Positions 12,401 through 24,345 of a stretch of 34,518 nucleotides of DNA are shown here, one piece after another (position 1 is the stretch's first letter; each line of letters starts with the position of its first letter). The stretch is taken from the NCBI GenBank assembly GCA_905331295.1, contig CAJNYD010000012.1, positions 744,001 through 778,518 on the forward strand, given 5' to 3'. The DNA comes from Rotaria socialis (taxonomy: Eukaryota). Position numbers and translations under genes: made by a program. The notes beneath the pieces are model-generated. The model did not search any database, was not told where the DNA came from, and worked only from the letters and a program-made list of their open reading frames with translations.

Positions 12401-13482
12401 GAGAAAGAGAGATAAAAAAAAGAGTGAGAGCGTTGATTTTGCAGAGTGAAGATACAGAGTGTCATAAAAAAGCTCTTGCGAAAGTTTCTTCGATAGTAAT
12501 AGTGAAAACGGATCATGATTACATGTATCTATGTGTGCATGTTCGTTAGTAAGTGAAAAACAAATCGAAAGGAAGATCTATGCGTGACAATGCAATACAG
12601 TGCGAGAATCAACTTAAAAGAAAGTCTTGTATGCATAGCAATGATGAAACTTTTATTTTTTGCCGACATTGTACTTCAATGAAACGAAAATAGAATACTA
12701 ATGAGCAATGAATCGTTGTAATTAATCTAACACAAGCAACAGTAACAACAACATGCAAATGTAAAAATTCACTGCTGCATAATCAGATGATAATATCCTT
12801 CTGTCATTTGATTGGATCGCATTGCCGACCTTCAGTCTTATGATATCGATCAGTATCGACTTCTGCTACTTCTCTATGTAGTCAAAACATCAAGCATTCT
12901 CATGCATAGAGAAAAAAAACAGATTTATGTTCTCGAGCAATATTTGAGAGCGGTAGCAGTGGCGATAGCGATGGCGAGTCTAATTCGATTTAGAAAATGC
13001 GCCGACGCATGTGTGTATGTGTGTTCTCGTTTGCTCTCGCCTCTAATTCGTCGTGCTGAGAGGGTGAATCTCATCTTTTCGCTTAGAAAACAACGGCGAC
13101 TCCTAATCTTTTTCTCGAATGATGACGACCGAACGAGAAAGACAAGTAGCTCAGCGAGTGAGAGGAAGAGAGCTGGTGTAATTGTTTAAGTTCATCTACT
13201 GAATTAGATTTTTGATAAAAAAAAAAGGAGAAGAAAAAGAAGCCGAAGCACAGAATGGCTACACATACATACTGAGGGTAAGAGAGAAAAACACGCACAT
13301 AACTTTTTCAGCAGCCAGATGAGAAAAGAGGTCGACTCTCCATTCTTGTTCGTTGTTGTTGGTCTCTACTCGAGCTTTACTACACGCGCTCGACAACAAT
13401 AAGTCTATACCAATGATCAAGTGAGCGACGTCATCATTATCGTCATTCTGTTTTTCATCCTATTAAACGATTAAATCGCACA

Positions 13483-13525
13483 ATTATCATCATTATCATC
13501 ATCATTATCATTATTATCATCGTCG

Positions 13526-13585
<60 letters not shown>

Positions 13586-13612
13586 GCAGCAGCATTATCA
13601 TCATCATTATCA
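13483..13612 (+). repeat. (CAT)n/(TCA)n trinucleotide microsatellite
   Basis: About 130 bp of CAT repeats with TAT/CGT/CAG variants. Confidence 0.95.
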
Positions 13613-14473
13613 GTTTAGAAAATATACAATTCAATACAGAATATACAATGTGAGTTACAGTTAGCTAGTCAGACACCTCGTCGTTTTTCTGATTTGAAGA
13701 TTGATGCATTCTGTCTCTTTCTTCGGATAGATCAATCTATTATAGATTCTCTGGAGACATGATCTCCAATAGTGATTCTTAGAATCTCTAAGTGATGTCA
13801 CATGACTATCGCGCACGTCTTATTTGTTTCTGATCCGTTTGTTTGATTATAAATTTGGCATCAGAACGAAGAATATCAATGATAAAGGCCGGCCATATTT
13901 CTCTATAATGATTTGCCTGGCCAAAATAGACAAGAAAGGAACAAGAAAAAAAGATATAAACGCGACATTCGCCCGGAAAATCAATTACTAACTCTGGCAG
14001 ACTGCACGCAGTGTTGGCTGAAAAAAGGAGAATGGTGATCGTGTCATTTTTTTACTGTTGTTATTGTTGCTGTTTTCATCAATTTGAACAAGAATCGAGA
14101 TTAGATACTTCAGGAAAGAAAAAGAATAGATTGAACAACAAAAAACAATGAACTTAAGATGCGAAAAAAGATCTTTAAAAGACTTGGAGAACAAATAACA
14201 GGAAATTATTACATATCGTATACGATTAAACGGAAAGAGAAGCATATTGAATGATGTACTTTTATGTTGTATGAGCTAAGAAAGAGTCGATAAGAAGAAG
14301 GTTTTGACATGTATGAAAGGAAAAATATTTTCAATTTGCTTACAAAAATTACTATCATTTATTTCATAATAAAAATAAAAATCTTTAATCGAAATGCAGA
14401 TAAATTTGGTTTTACCTTTTCCTTATATCTCCATCTCGGTTACTCTCCGTCTTCTTTTTTGTTGAATACACAC

Positions 14474-14508
<35 letters not shown>

Positions 14509-14509
14509 T
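14474..14509. repeat. (TA)n microsatellite
   Basis: Alternating TA run with one TG interruption. Confidence 0.9.
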
Positions 14510-15505
14510 CGACTCTTTTTCTCGTCGTCGCGCTCATTTGACTTCGTCGACAAATTGATTGCGATCGTTGCTGCGACTTCTCTCCATTTCGTTCTTTCTC
14601 TCTCTCCTCCTAGTTCTCACTTGCCATTACTAGCTGTTGTCAGTCGTTCTGTTCAGTCCCGCGTTATACCACACACTTTGGATAAAATTAAGTTTCGGAG
14701 TTACCCCTCCAACTAGACCACTTAGTTTTTCCGTAGTCTATAGCGCGACAACTAATGCTGACTGACACATACATTACTCGTCTACAAAGAAGATTCTTGG
14801 CGGCTATGCTACACTACGTGCTGTTCTTTCTTTTTCATTCTAAAGTTGATACATTAGTCTGTATCTTGTTTTTTTTCCTTCTCACTCTCAGTGAAAAATT
14901 CAGTTGGACTTCGTCTAGTAAGAAAGTAATCGTATGAATTCATTAGGTATTTGAATATTTATATTTATATGAGGTAAGTGAACAATAAAGAAAAATAAAA
15001 TATGCTCTAGTTGCTATAAGTTTTGATTCATATGATCCGAAATAAACATTATTGAACAATCAATTAATGTGTGTTATTATGAAAGTATGCATACGAGTAC
15101 GCGTAGATTATCAAGATTTGTAAAAATCAGTTATTTTCTTTTCTATTATTTTACATTTTTCTTCTTTCCTTTGTTAATTCGATATTCGCTATGACGCACA
15201 CACTTTTGACAGATCATCAGAGATTTAAGAAGACAGAACATCACAATTAATTTTTCCCTATTTTACGCTTCTTTTTTCCACCTGTAACATTCCAATGAAA
15301 CGTGAATGTGCAGCAAGTCTCATCATCGAGGCTTCTCTTAAATAATGCTACGACTACCTTCTATAGGTAGACTTGAAATTGAAAAGAAAATGACAAAACA
15401 ACAAGCTGGTGTAGTAGAACAGAAGCGCTACACATCCAAGGCGTCTTAACTACACAGACGATGCAACGGTGCGCGAACAAATTAGCTAAAAGGAGAAAAG
15501 AGCAA

Positions 15506-15507
<2 letters not shown>

Positions 15508-15539
<32 letters not shown>
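15508..15539 (+). repeat. (GA)n microsatellite
   Basis: Run of GA repeats; a (CT)n run also occurs at about 15938-15959. Confidence 0.9.
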
Positions 15540-15540
<1 letters not shown>

Positions 15541-16482
15541 ATGAGAAAATGCACAAAAAGCAAGAAAAAATGTAATTTCTCTATACAATATAGAAAGATA
15601 TATATATTTCTCCTCCTCTTTCATTTTTACGATGTAGAGCGATGACACGAGACTACTGCTTTCTAATTTACACTACAAAGATATGTAAAGCGTGAAGACT
15701 AAATATATACCTTTAGAACATCTTGCTTCAATTTTTATAGCATTTATCGTCTGTTTAGAAATATACCAAGACTCCATAATGTGCAAATGCAATCAATAAA
15801 AAGAATAAGAAAAAAAAAGAAATCTGATTGAATTGCACATATATGCATAACTACTCATTTTTAATTAGCTTTAGTCAACAGATTAGTGTCGAACACCAAG
15901 ATTTTCTCTGTCTTTATTATACTTTCTCTTCCCTTCGCTCTCTCTCTCTCTCTCTCTCTTTATGTCGTTTTCATTTTTCTTCCTATTCAGCAAAAAACAA
16001 TTATTCAAAGTTTTCTGTAAATAATCAGGAATGCAACTTCACAGTTTTCAAAAAGGAACTGAAATATTCAAATAAAACCTCTACCTCCGATTTATTATCG
16101 ATTTATTGTCATTGTCGTCGGTGTATGTTATTCGAGTCTAGAGCAAAAACATCAGTATTATAAGTGAAAGAAATTGCAATTTATAGATTCATTAGATTGA
16201 AAATTTTATATTAGAAAAATAGAGAAGAGATCAATAATATGTCCGGAAGTAGTATAGAGCTATGCAAAAAAAAACAATATTAGAAATGTGTTCATTGGAA
16301 AATATTATATTTTCCACGATAACTTGACCTGCTTCATCTGTCTGAAGTATTTTTCTGATATAAAGATTAAAAGCCACAGTAGGGGTTTCTTTTTTTCGAT
16401 CTCCTATCTATTCTCATAAGATTACTTATGTACATTCTCAATTCTTATGTTTTCATTATTTTCCATCATAGTCGACGACAAA

Positions 16483-16539
16483 ATGTCACCGTCGTCATCA
16501 ACTCATCAAAGACAACAAGGTGACTTAGAATGGTCATGA
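16483..16539 (+). promoter_or_regulatory. Upstream ORF (18 aa) in the putative 5' UTR of the muscarinic receptor
   Basis: It follows a candidate acceptor catcatAG (16470-16471). ATG TCA CCG...TGG TCA TGA encodes MSPSSSTHQRQQGDLEWS*, ending 40 nt before the main ATG at 16580. Confidence 0.4.
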
Positions 16540-16579
16540 TCTCCGAGTCTGTGTTGATTTTATTACTATCAAAATTCAC

Positions 16580-19500
16580 ATGTCGTCCATTGTCAATCTA
16601 ACCAATACGATTAACATTGATCATCGCGCCGCACCTTTGCATGCGCTGTTGAACAACGCTAGTTCATCAAATTTTATTCGACCTATATCTTCATTATCTT
16701 ATAATACAAACTGGAGCATATACCATATACCTGGTCCACCATCATCATCATTTCTAACATATTCTTTGTCGTCATCTTCTTCATTAACGACGACACTTGT
16801 TGCAACAGAAAATAGATATTATCCATTTTGGTTATTAGTCATTGTAGCTATATTTGGTAGTGTAACATCGGTATTAACAGTTTTGGGAAATATTCTTGTT
16901 ATGCTCGCCTTTTTTCTCGATCGACAAATTCGACAGCCAACTAATTATTTTATACTTTCATTATCTGTTAGTGACTTTCTTATTGGACTTTTATCTATGC
17001 CTCTACTTACAATATATATCTATGCTAAAGACTGGCCATTGAATGCCATTATATGTGACATATGGCTTTCGCTGGATTATACTGTTTGTCTAACATCAAT
17101 TTATACGGTGCTGTTCATTACAATTGATCGTTTTTGTTCGGTTAAAATGCCAGCAAAATATAGAAAATGGCGTACACGTAGAAAAATTAATATTATGATT
17201 GCTGTGACATGGGCAGGTAAGAAAGAAAAACAATATGCATTAATGTCTTTTTTTCTTCTATTTATTGAATTAATTGATTTCATTTTTTTTAGTTCCTACT
17301 CTCATCTTTTTTACATCCACAATGGTTTATCCGCGAGTGAGAGGTATTTCAAATATGCAAAATGGTGTTTGTATGTATACAAATTTTTTTAACAATGCTA
17401 CTATTCAATAAAATTTCTTTTGAAGGCGATGTACAATGGAATAAAAATCATGTTTTTAATTTGTGTCTAACTATTGGATATTTTTGGACTACATTATTTG
17501 TCATGATAATACTATATATTTTTATCTATGGTATTTATTTACGATCTTTATTTTGTTTTTATTGTTTTATAAATTAAATTATCGATTTTTTTTATTTCTT
17601 ACAGGTGTTGCTAGTAATCTTGAACGAAAATCAAGAGAAAATGCACGGAAAATGTCATCACTCGTCGGTACGGCCAGTAAGAAAATCAGTGAAAGGATCA
17701 GTTTTCCAAGATGTGTCTGTGTGCCAATTTCTTTCTCTTCATTGTTTAGGGAATGCAATGACACAAATAGGTGCTGGTATTGGAGTAAATAAATCTCCTA
17801 CAAAACCTATCATTGATAAACGAAATCTTTCAAATCGTAAAATGGATTCAACAACAGCTGATGATTATGATGATGAAGATCCACAAAATTTACTCGCACA
17901 TAGTGTAATAAATACTCAAAACAGTAGTAATTCATCAGATCAACGACGTATCGGCGGTGTTGATGATGATAACTCAAATTCATTTGAGTCACATTCTGAT
18001 TTTGATTTAGCGAATCCTAGTGAAAAAAAATCAGGTACACCAAATAATTCAAATGAAAAATCTTCTCGACAAAAGAATCGTCGAGGTAGAAGCGTTAATT
18101 GGGGCAATAGTCAAACATCAACTATCAATGTATCATCGGCAAGAACAACAAATACAGATAGACGTAGCCGTCCAATTGGTGCACCATCAAATCAAAAGCA
18201 TGCTTCTAATGTGAAATTTTTTGCTACATCTATGGCACATTCACTTTATAGAAATCCAATACGTTTAAGTGGCTTATCATCGACATTAAAAACAAAAGGA
18301 AGTAATCCAGCACTAAATAAAAATTCAACACAGTTAAATTCAAATCAACAACAAGTATCTGGTACATTGACACCAATTCCATCCGAACCTGAACTTTTAA
18401 CATGTCGAGTTCCTCCTCCACCACAACCCCGACCTGAATCGTTAGCAATTATGTCCGAAGAATTATTTCATCAACGACTTAAAGCTCGTCAATCACCATT
18501 ATTAATTGAAACATCAATGAAATCGTCAATAAAATCGTCATTAAATGTTAATCAACAACTATCAGCAAACTTTCCTTCAACATCATCATTTCTTTTGGAT
18601 AAACATTGCATTGAGGATGTTACTTATTCAACACCAAATCAAATAATTTCTACTAGTTCTGATCAAACAATAACTAATCAAACAACTCCACCACCATCAC
18701 CAGAAGAACAACAAAAAAAATTAATTGAGATCAAAGATTATCCCATTGAAATATCAAAAGAAGAAGAACAAAAAGCACAAGAGCAAGAACATGAACAAAA
18801 ACAAAAGCAACAGCTACAGCAACAACAAGAAAAAGAACAAGAACAAGAACAAGAACAACAAGTATCATCATCAATTAAGACAATTATTAATACTGGTGGT
18901 GACTCATCTGATGAAAGTTGGCGTTTACTTAATAGCAATAGTAGTCTTGATGAACATATACCTTATATTGATGAAACTGATTTTGAAGATTTAGGTAAAG
19001 AAGATTTTTTCTTTTTTAAGAAAAAATATTTTCTTCATAACACCAGACTTTTATAAAGATTTAGAATTTCTTTGTTTTTTAATAAAATAGAGTATCGACA
19101 AAAATAGCACGGAGTTGTCTGAAATAAGAATAATTATGTGTATATAAACTTTTCTTTTTCTTTTTCTTTTTCTTTTTCTTTTCCTATGCTCTGATCAACT
19201 ATGTTAAGCCATGAATCTTTTCAAGAAAATCTTTTCATCCTTTTCTATCAAAGAAAAAAAAACTTATAGATATATAATTGAATTTGATTTTTTCATTTAG
19301 GATACATACTACATCGTCGTCGTGTTCCACCAAAAGATTCTAGTGAACCAATTCATGAAGAAACTATTATATATAAATCACCTTTTTATATTAAAAATAA
19401 ACATAGGTCAAAATCATCTATTATTTCACTTAATAATACAACAAATGATAATGGTATTAATAGAAAAATTTATGAAATCTATGGAAATCATCAAGATGCA

Positions 19501-21636
19501 CATAAAGCTATATTAGAATCTTCAATATTTGATAATGTTGAATTAATAACATATGCATGTACACAGTCTGATGCATCTCCAATAAGTCATTGTAGTTTAC
19601 GTAATGTTCCACGTGAAGCTTTACTTAAAACAATGTCTCAGCCATCATCAATACCACCACGTATAAATAATTCCAATGGCAAACACGTTACATCATCAAT
19701 TATATTTGTATCAAAAGCTAAAACATCAACATCACCAATATCATCAATGAAACAGATACAACAACCAATGATAACTTCCATACAAAATGTTGATGTTGAA
19801 AGAGCATTATTTGATTTTTATCAATGTAGTCAAATCAATGATATTGATAATTGTTTACCAAATAATAATGAAAATAGTGAGAGTGAAGATCTTGAATATT
19901 CATTATCAAATTATAATGAAATATGTGAAGAAACATCATCCTTACTTCGACTTAATGAACAACATTCATCAGCATTTCTTGACGATGAATCAGGTGTGGA
20001 TGATTATTCTTTAAAAACAAAACAAACCCAACAATCAAGACGTCCTACATATTCACAAAATAACAATCATTTTATGAAAATGATGATGTTAAATAAAACT
20101 CGACGAAATTTAACTATTGATACAACAAGTGATGATCGAACAACAACAAATAGTTTTAGTTTAAATACATATAGTCAAGATTTTTCTATCGATAAAATAT
20201 ATCAATATGATTCTTCGTCATCATATAAACAACAATTTAATATATCATCACCAAATCGCCCGATGTCACAACATAGCTGGTGTAGTTCATCGTCAACAGC
20301 AACAGCAACAGCAGCAACAACACCTTCATCATGTCAGGAGAAACAAATGCCACTTTTGTTATTACGTACATCGTCACCTCAACATTTTTTAACAGCTATA
20401 GAAAAAAAACGAACTACATCATCTGATTCCGATGGTATTACAACAACCACAACAACACTAACTAATAGTACACAATATGAAGGGTAAATAGGTTTTTATT
20501 TTATTTATCAAAGAAAATAAACTTTATTATATTTTAAGTCGTGATATTGATAAAACTAAACAAAAAACTACCAATTCTATTTCTCAAGATGTATTGCGTG
20601 CATCTAATAAATTAAATGCAACAACAATAACAGATGAGTCAGAAATTGAAAAAAATCAAACAAAAGAAACTGTTCTAATAATGAATAAAGTCATTGATAT
20701 CGATACAAAATATCATTCATTATCAGATACATTAATACGTGATAATGATACATCAGGTTATGGTTCACATGATGATCCATCATCAATCAATAATCGCGTA
20801 TCATCAAAAGTTACATTCGATAGTTTCATGACACACAATTCAGCTCCATCATCTCCAAAAACAAAAGATCAATCAATAATGACACAAACTGATGTCAGAG
20901 AACGTTTGAATCAAACAAATAATACTAGTCATGAACCAATACAAGATAGTAGCGAAAATAAAAATGGACGCATGGTCGTTATTAGTGAAGGAACAGTTAC
21001 AAGTGGATCAACGTCAGCTAAATCAAGTTTTAAAGAACTAGCACAAAATCAAAAAACACCTACTCATAGAAAATCAAAATCACAAAATCGAGCTCGAAAA
21101 GCTTTAAGAACTATAACGTTTATTCTTGGTATGTCTCATGGTTCTCTCTAACCTATCAAGATGTTTGGTTTTTTGCCAGAAAATATGCTTTCCTCGAAGA
21201 ACTTTCATCAAACTTTAAAAAGGAATTTTTGCTAGCAGATAAATTGTGAAATATCTCGTCGAGAAAAATCTTTCTAATGGAAATCATTTTAGTCGACTTT
21301 ATTCTATTGAACCTTTCAATTTAAGATTTAATGAATTTCCTTTGATACCTTTTTTTTAGGCGCTTTTGTCGTTTGTTGGACTCCATGGTATGTCAATATT
21401 TTTTCTTTTCTTTCAATATATTAATATTTTATATCTTCAGGCATATGTATTCTGCTATTCATTCATTATGCGAATCATGTAAAACTAATTGGATATTTTC
21501 AAATCCAATGTTTCATTGTTTTTATTTTCTTTGCTATCTTAATTCACCGATCAATCCGTTTTGCTATGCGTTGGCCAATCAACAATTCAAAAAGACATTC
21601 ACAAGAATTTTAAAATTGGATTTACGCCGTCTATAA
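16580..21636 (+). CDS. mAChR-B: Muscarinic acetylcholine receptor, invertebrate B-type (mAChR-B / gar-1/gar-2-like), class A GPCR, ~1377 aa, 9 exons
   Basis: Exons: 16580-17216, 17293-17370, 17426-17530, 17605-17676, 17750-18994, 19301-20483, 20539-21128, 21360-21387, 21441-21636. They sum to 4134 nt, all introns are GT-AG, and the frame is continuous. Motifs: GNILV (TM1), QPTNYFILSLSVSDFLIG (TM2), CDIWLSLDYTVCLTSIYTVLFITIDRFCSV (TM3, D3.32), IGYFWTTL (TM5), KSKSQNRARKALRTITFILGAFVVCWTPWH (TM6), YFLCYLNSPINPFCYALANQQFKKTFTRILK (TM7/H8). These closely match B-type muscarinic receptors as I recall them. Confidence 0.93.
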
Positions 21637-22813
21637 TAAAATTTAAAATTATCTTTTTTTCTTTCTCTTATTTTTAGCTATATTAACCTTTTGTTTTCTT
21701 ACGTTATTTTTTTTTTTCTGTAAACTATGCCTAACTTCTTTTTTCTTTGATCTTGTTCGTGTGAACCTCTTTGCACAGCGATGTTAACATAAATTTTCTT
21801 TTTTTTGAATCGCTCGATTATAGCGAAATATAAAATTGAAATAATGATGAATCGATCAGAAAAAAAGCAAAAGGGTTTAATTATTAATAGTGATACTGAA
21901 TTTGACGGCTTCTATCAAATAGTTGTGACAGATGGAAGAGAAAATAATTACTTATGATATATGAGAATTTATTGAGAAGAAAATCTACATTCGCCCGATG
22001 TCAACAATTTTTGTTTTGACTCATTCAACTGTTTTTTATCTAATAACTTGTTCCCCTAAAGATTATTTCAGTTGATGCATTTTAAAATAGACAACCTGTT
22101 CGTCTTTATTTGAAATATTTTATCAATTTGGCAAGCATAATCTTCTAATAAGAGTTGTTAAGACATGAATAACATTGCGCAATCTATGCTTAGTCTTTTT
22201 TTTTCAAATACTGAATTAAGTTATACCAATAAGAAAAATGCTTACTATTTTTAATTAAAAGATAATCTTCAACTTGAAATGGTTGAAATTTTTTCTCCTT
22301 GTCCCATGAATCTTCGTGGTGTAATTAATTACAGTGTTCTTCGTTTTTGTTTTCGTCAGCTTATTAACATTTTTCATGAATGCAAATAAATAAAATTTGG
22401 ATAGCTATAGATGAAAATAATTGTCGAGAGTATTGCAAAAAAATAATTCAACGATATGATTTATGAATATATTTATTAAATGTTCTCGTCAGAATAAATA
22501 GAATGAAAATGATCAGAACTCATTGGTGAATATGTATAAATATTTTTTTTTATAATGTATTTATTTATTTATTATTATAAATGGAAAAATAATACAAGAT
22601 ACTTGTTTGGATTGTGTCGTTTAATTATCATAATTGAATCAATAGAAAATGACAATTTTTTTTAAAAGCACTTTAAGAAGATTTAATGAGAATGTCTTAT
22701 TAGATTATATCGGATTTGGTTTTATTAATGTAGTCTATCTATTTAAAATAAAAGCCAAATTAAAAACTTTCATGATTTAAGATTTTTCAATTTCTCGAAT
22801 TTTCAATAAACAA

Positions 22814-23448
22814 GGGTGTTTCCACCAGCTTCCTCCCATCGTTACATGAAGATCATTGGATCTTTCTTGAAGTACTTTCATCTTGTAGAGATTTTTGCGC
22901 TGATCATTTTTTGTTGTGCGTTTTCAACGATTAGTTGAGAAATAAGAAAGATATCGAAGAAACATTGAAAATAAGGTTTTTCACAAAAAATGCAGTCTAT
23001 TTCGGTTTTACGACGATTTCTCAATGAAGCACTCAATCGATTGAGCTAATTTTTTTGAAATCATCGAGACTGATCGAAGAGCTTCGAAAAATGTTATTTT
23101 CGAAGTGGTTTGATCATTAGACTATTACACAGGACCCCTAAAACTTTAGTTTTCAAGATACAAATGTTCCTTAAATAAAACTCTTAAATCGAATTCTGTT
23201 AGAAATCGTCTCTTGCCATTCGATAGAGCGGAAGCTCCTCTATCGAACNCGTAAAACCGAAATAGACTGCATTTTTTGTGAAAAACCTTATTTTCAATGT
23301 TTCTTCGATATCTTTCTTATTTCTCAACTAATCGTTGAAAACGCACAACAAAAAATGATCAGCGCAAAAATCGCTACAAGATGAAACCAATAAAACGGGA
23401 TTTGAAAACTTTACTGTAAATGGTGGGAGGAAGCTGGTGGAAACACCC
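22814..23448. mobile_element. Long-TIR non-autonomous DNA transposon (Sola-like), interior collapsed at an assembly gap
   Basis: Outer TIR GGGTGTTTCCACCAGCTTCCTCCCA / TGGGAGGAAGCTGGTGGAAACACCC. Inner 137-bp inverted arms 22876-23012 and 23250-23386 have one mismatch seen. 4-bp TSD ACAA/ACAA. N at 23249. The superfamily is inferred from the GGG end, 4-bp TSD and long TIR. Confidence 0.8.
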
Positions 23449-23745
23449 ACAAAATGCAGTCTGTGTGCTTGAATGATGGCTGTTTCAGAAAGAAACGCTA
23501 GAATGGCACTTCAATGATTACCATGTAGCATTTGCTTATAATTAATATTCTATATGCCATTTGCAGCATTCAAGAGAAACCTGAAGAATCATCAAAGAAA
23601 AATTGCATGAAAAATGACTTTTTCTAGAAGAGTACTAGTTAAATTTCTTGTTTTTTTGGCCAACATATGATAATTTGTTTTAGTCAATACACCGCTCACT
23701 TCTAACATTTACATTAACCAAAAATTTCACCAAGCCAATATTAAA

Positions 23746-24345
23746 TAGAGGTGTCACATTTTAATTTAAAAAAAAATTATTAAATCGAGAAATAAATTTT
23801 CAAAAAGTTAAATTTAGAATAAATTAAATTGTTTTTAAATTTAATTAAATTTAAATTAAATTGTTTGAAATTCAACTTAGCTAAATTTTGAAAACTAGTA
23901 GATAAACATAGTTTTTGACTTGATTGCTACTATTTAAAGTCAAGTTGGAGTATGTTTCCTGTTTTCTAAAGTTAAAGCTAGCCATTCTTCTACGAATTGT
24001 GCTATTAAATATATTTTTATGACTATTTCGATATTTTGAAGAAGAAAGATGACAAATCCTGCATAACCTGCAGAGAAATTTTGACTATTATGAAGAAATA
24101 TTAATCTAAAATATTAGGTTCTCCTCTCATTTAGTACTTACTACTTTTAAAGTCACGTATTTTCCTCGTAGTAATGACGTGTATCCATCCAAACAGCTTA
24201 TTAAAATTAAATCATTTTTCAGCCCAAAAATTAAATTAAAATTTTTGTATGAGAAAAATTTAACTTGATAAAATTATATTTAAAATTAAATTAGCTTTTC
24301 GCGAAGTTAAATTTAAATTAAAAAAACTATAAATTGACACCCCTA
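23746..24345. mobile_element. hAT-type MITE (~600 bp), copy 1
   Basis: TIRs TAGAGGTGTCACATTT / AAATTGACACCCCTA; TSD ATATTAAA / ATATTAAG; AT-rich AAATT subterminal repeats. An inverted homologous copy lies at 32424-33003. Confidence 0.88.

Noticed and set aside
11354..16163. Many 60-135 aa ORFs upstream of the receptor
   Set aside because: Low-complexity translations of GA/CT/TA/poly-T tracts with no domains or coherent exon chain.
17101..20392. Overlapping alternative-frame and antisense ORFs, including the Cys-rich 18738-18938
   Set aside because: Shadows of the receptor's repetitive Q/E/S coding sequence.
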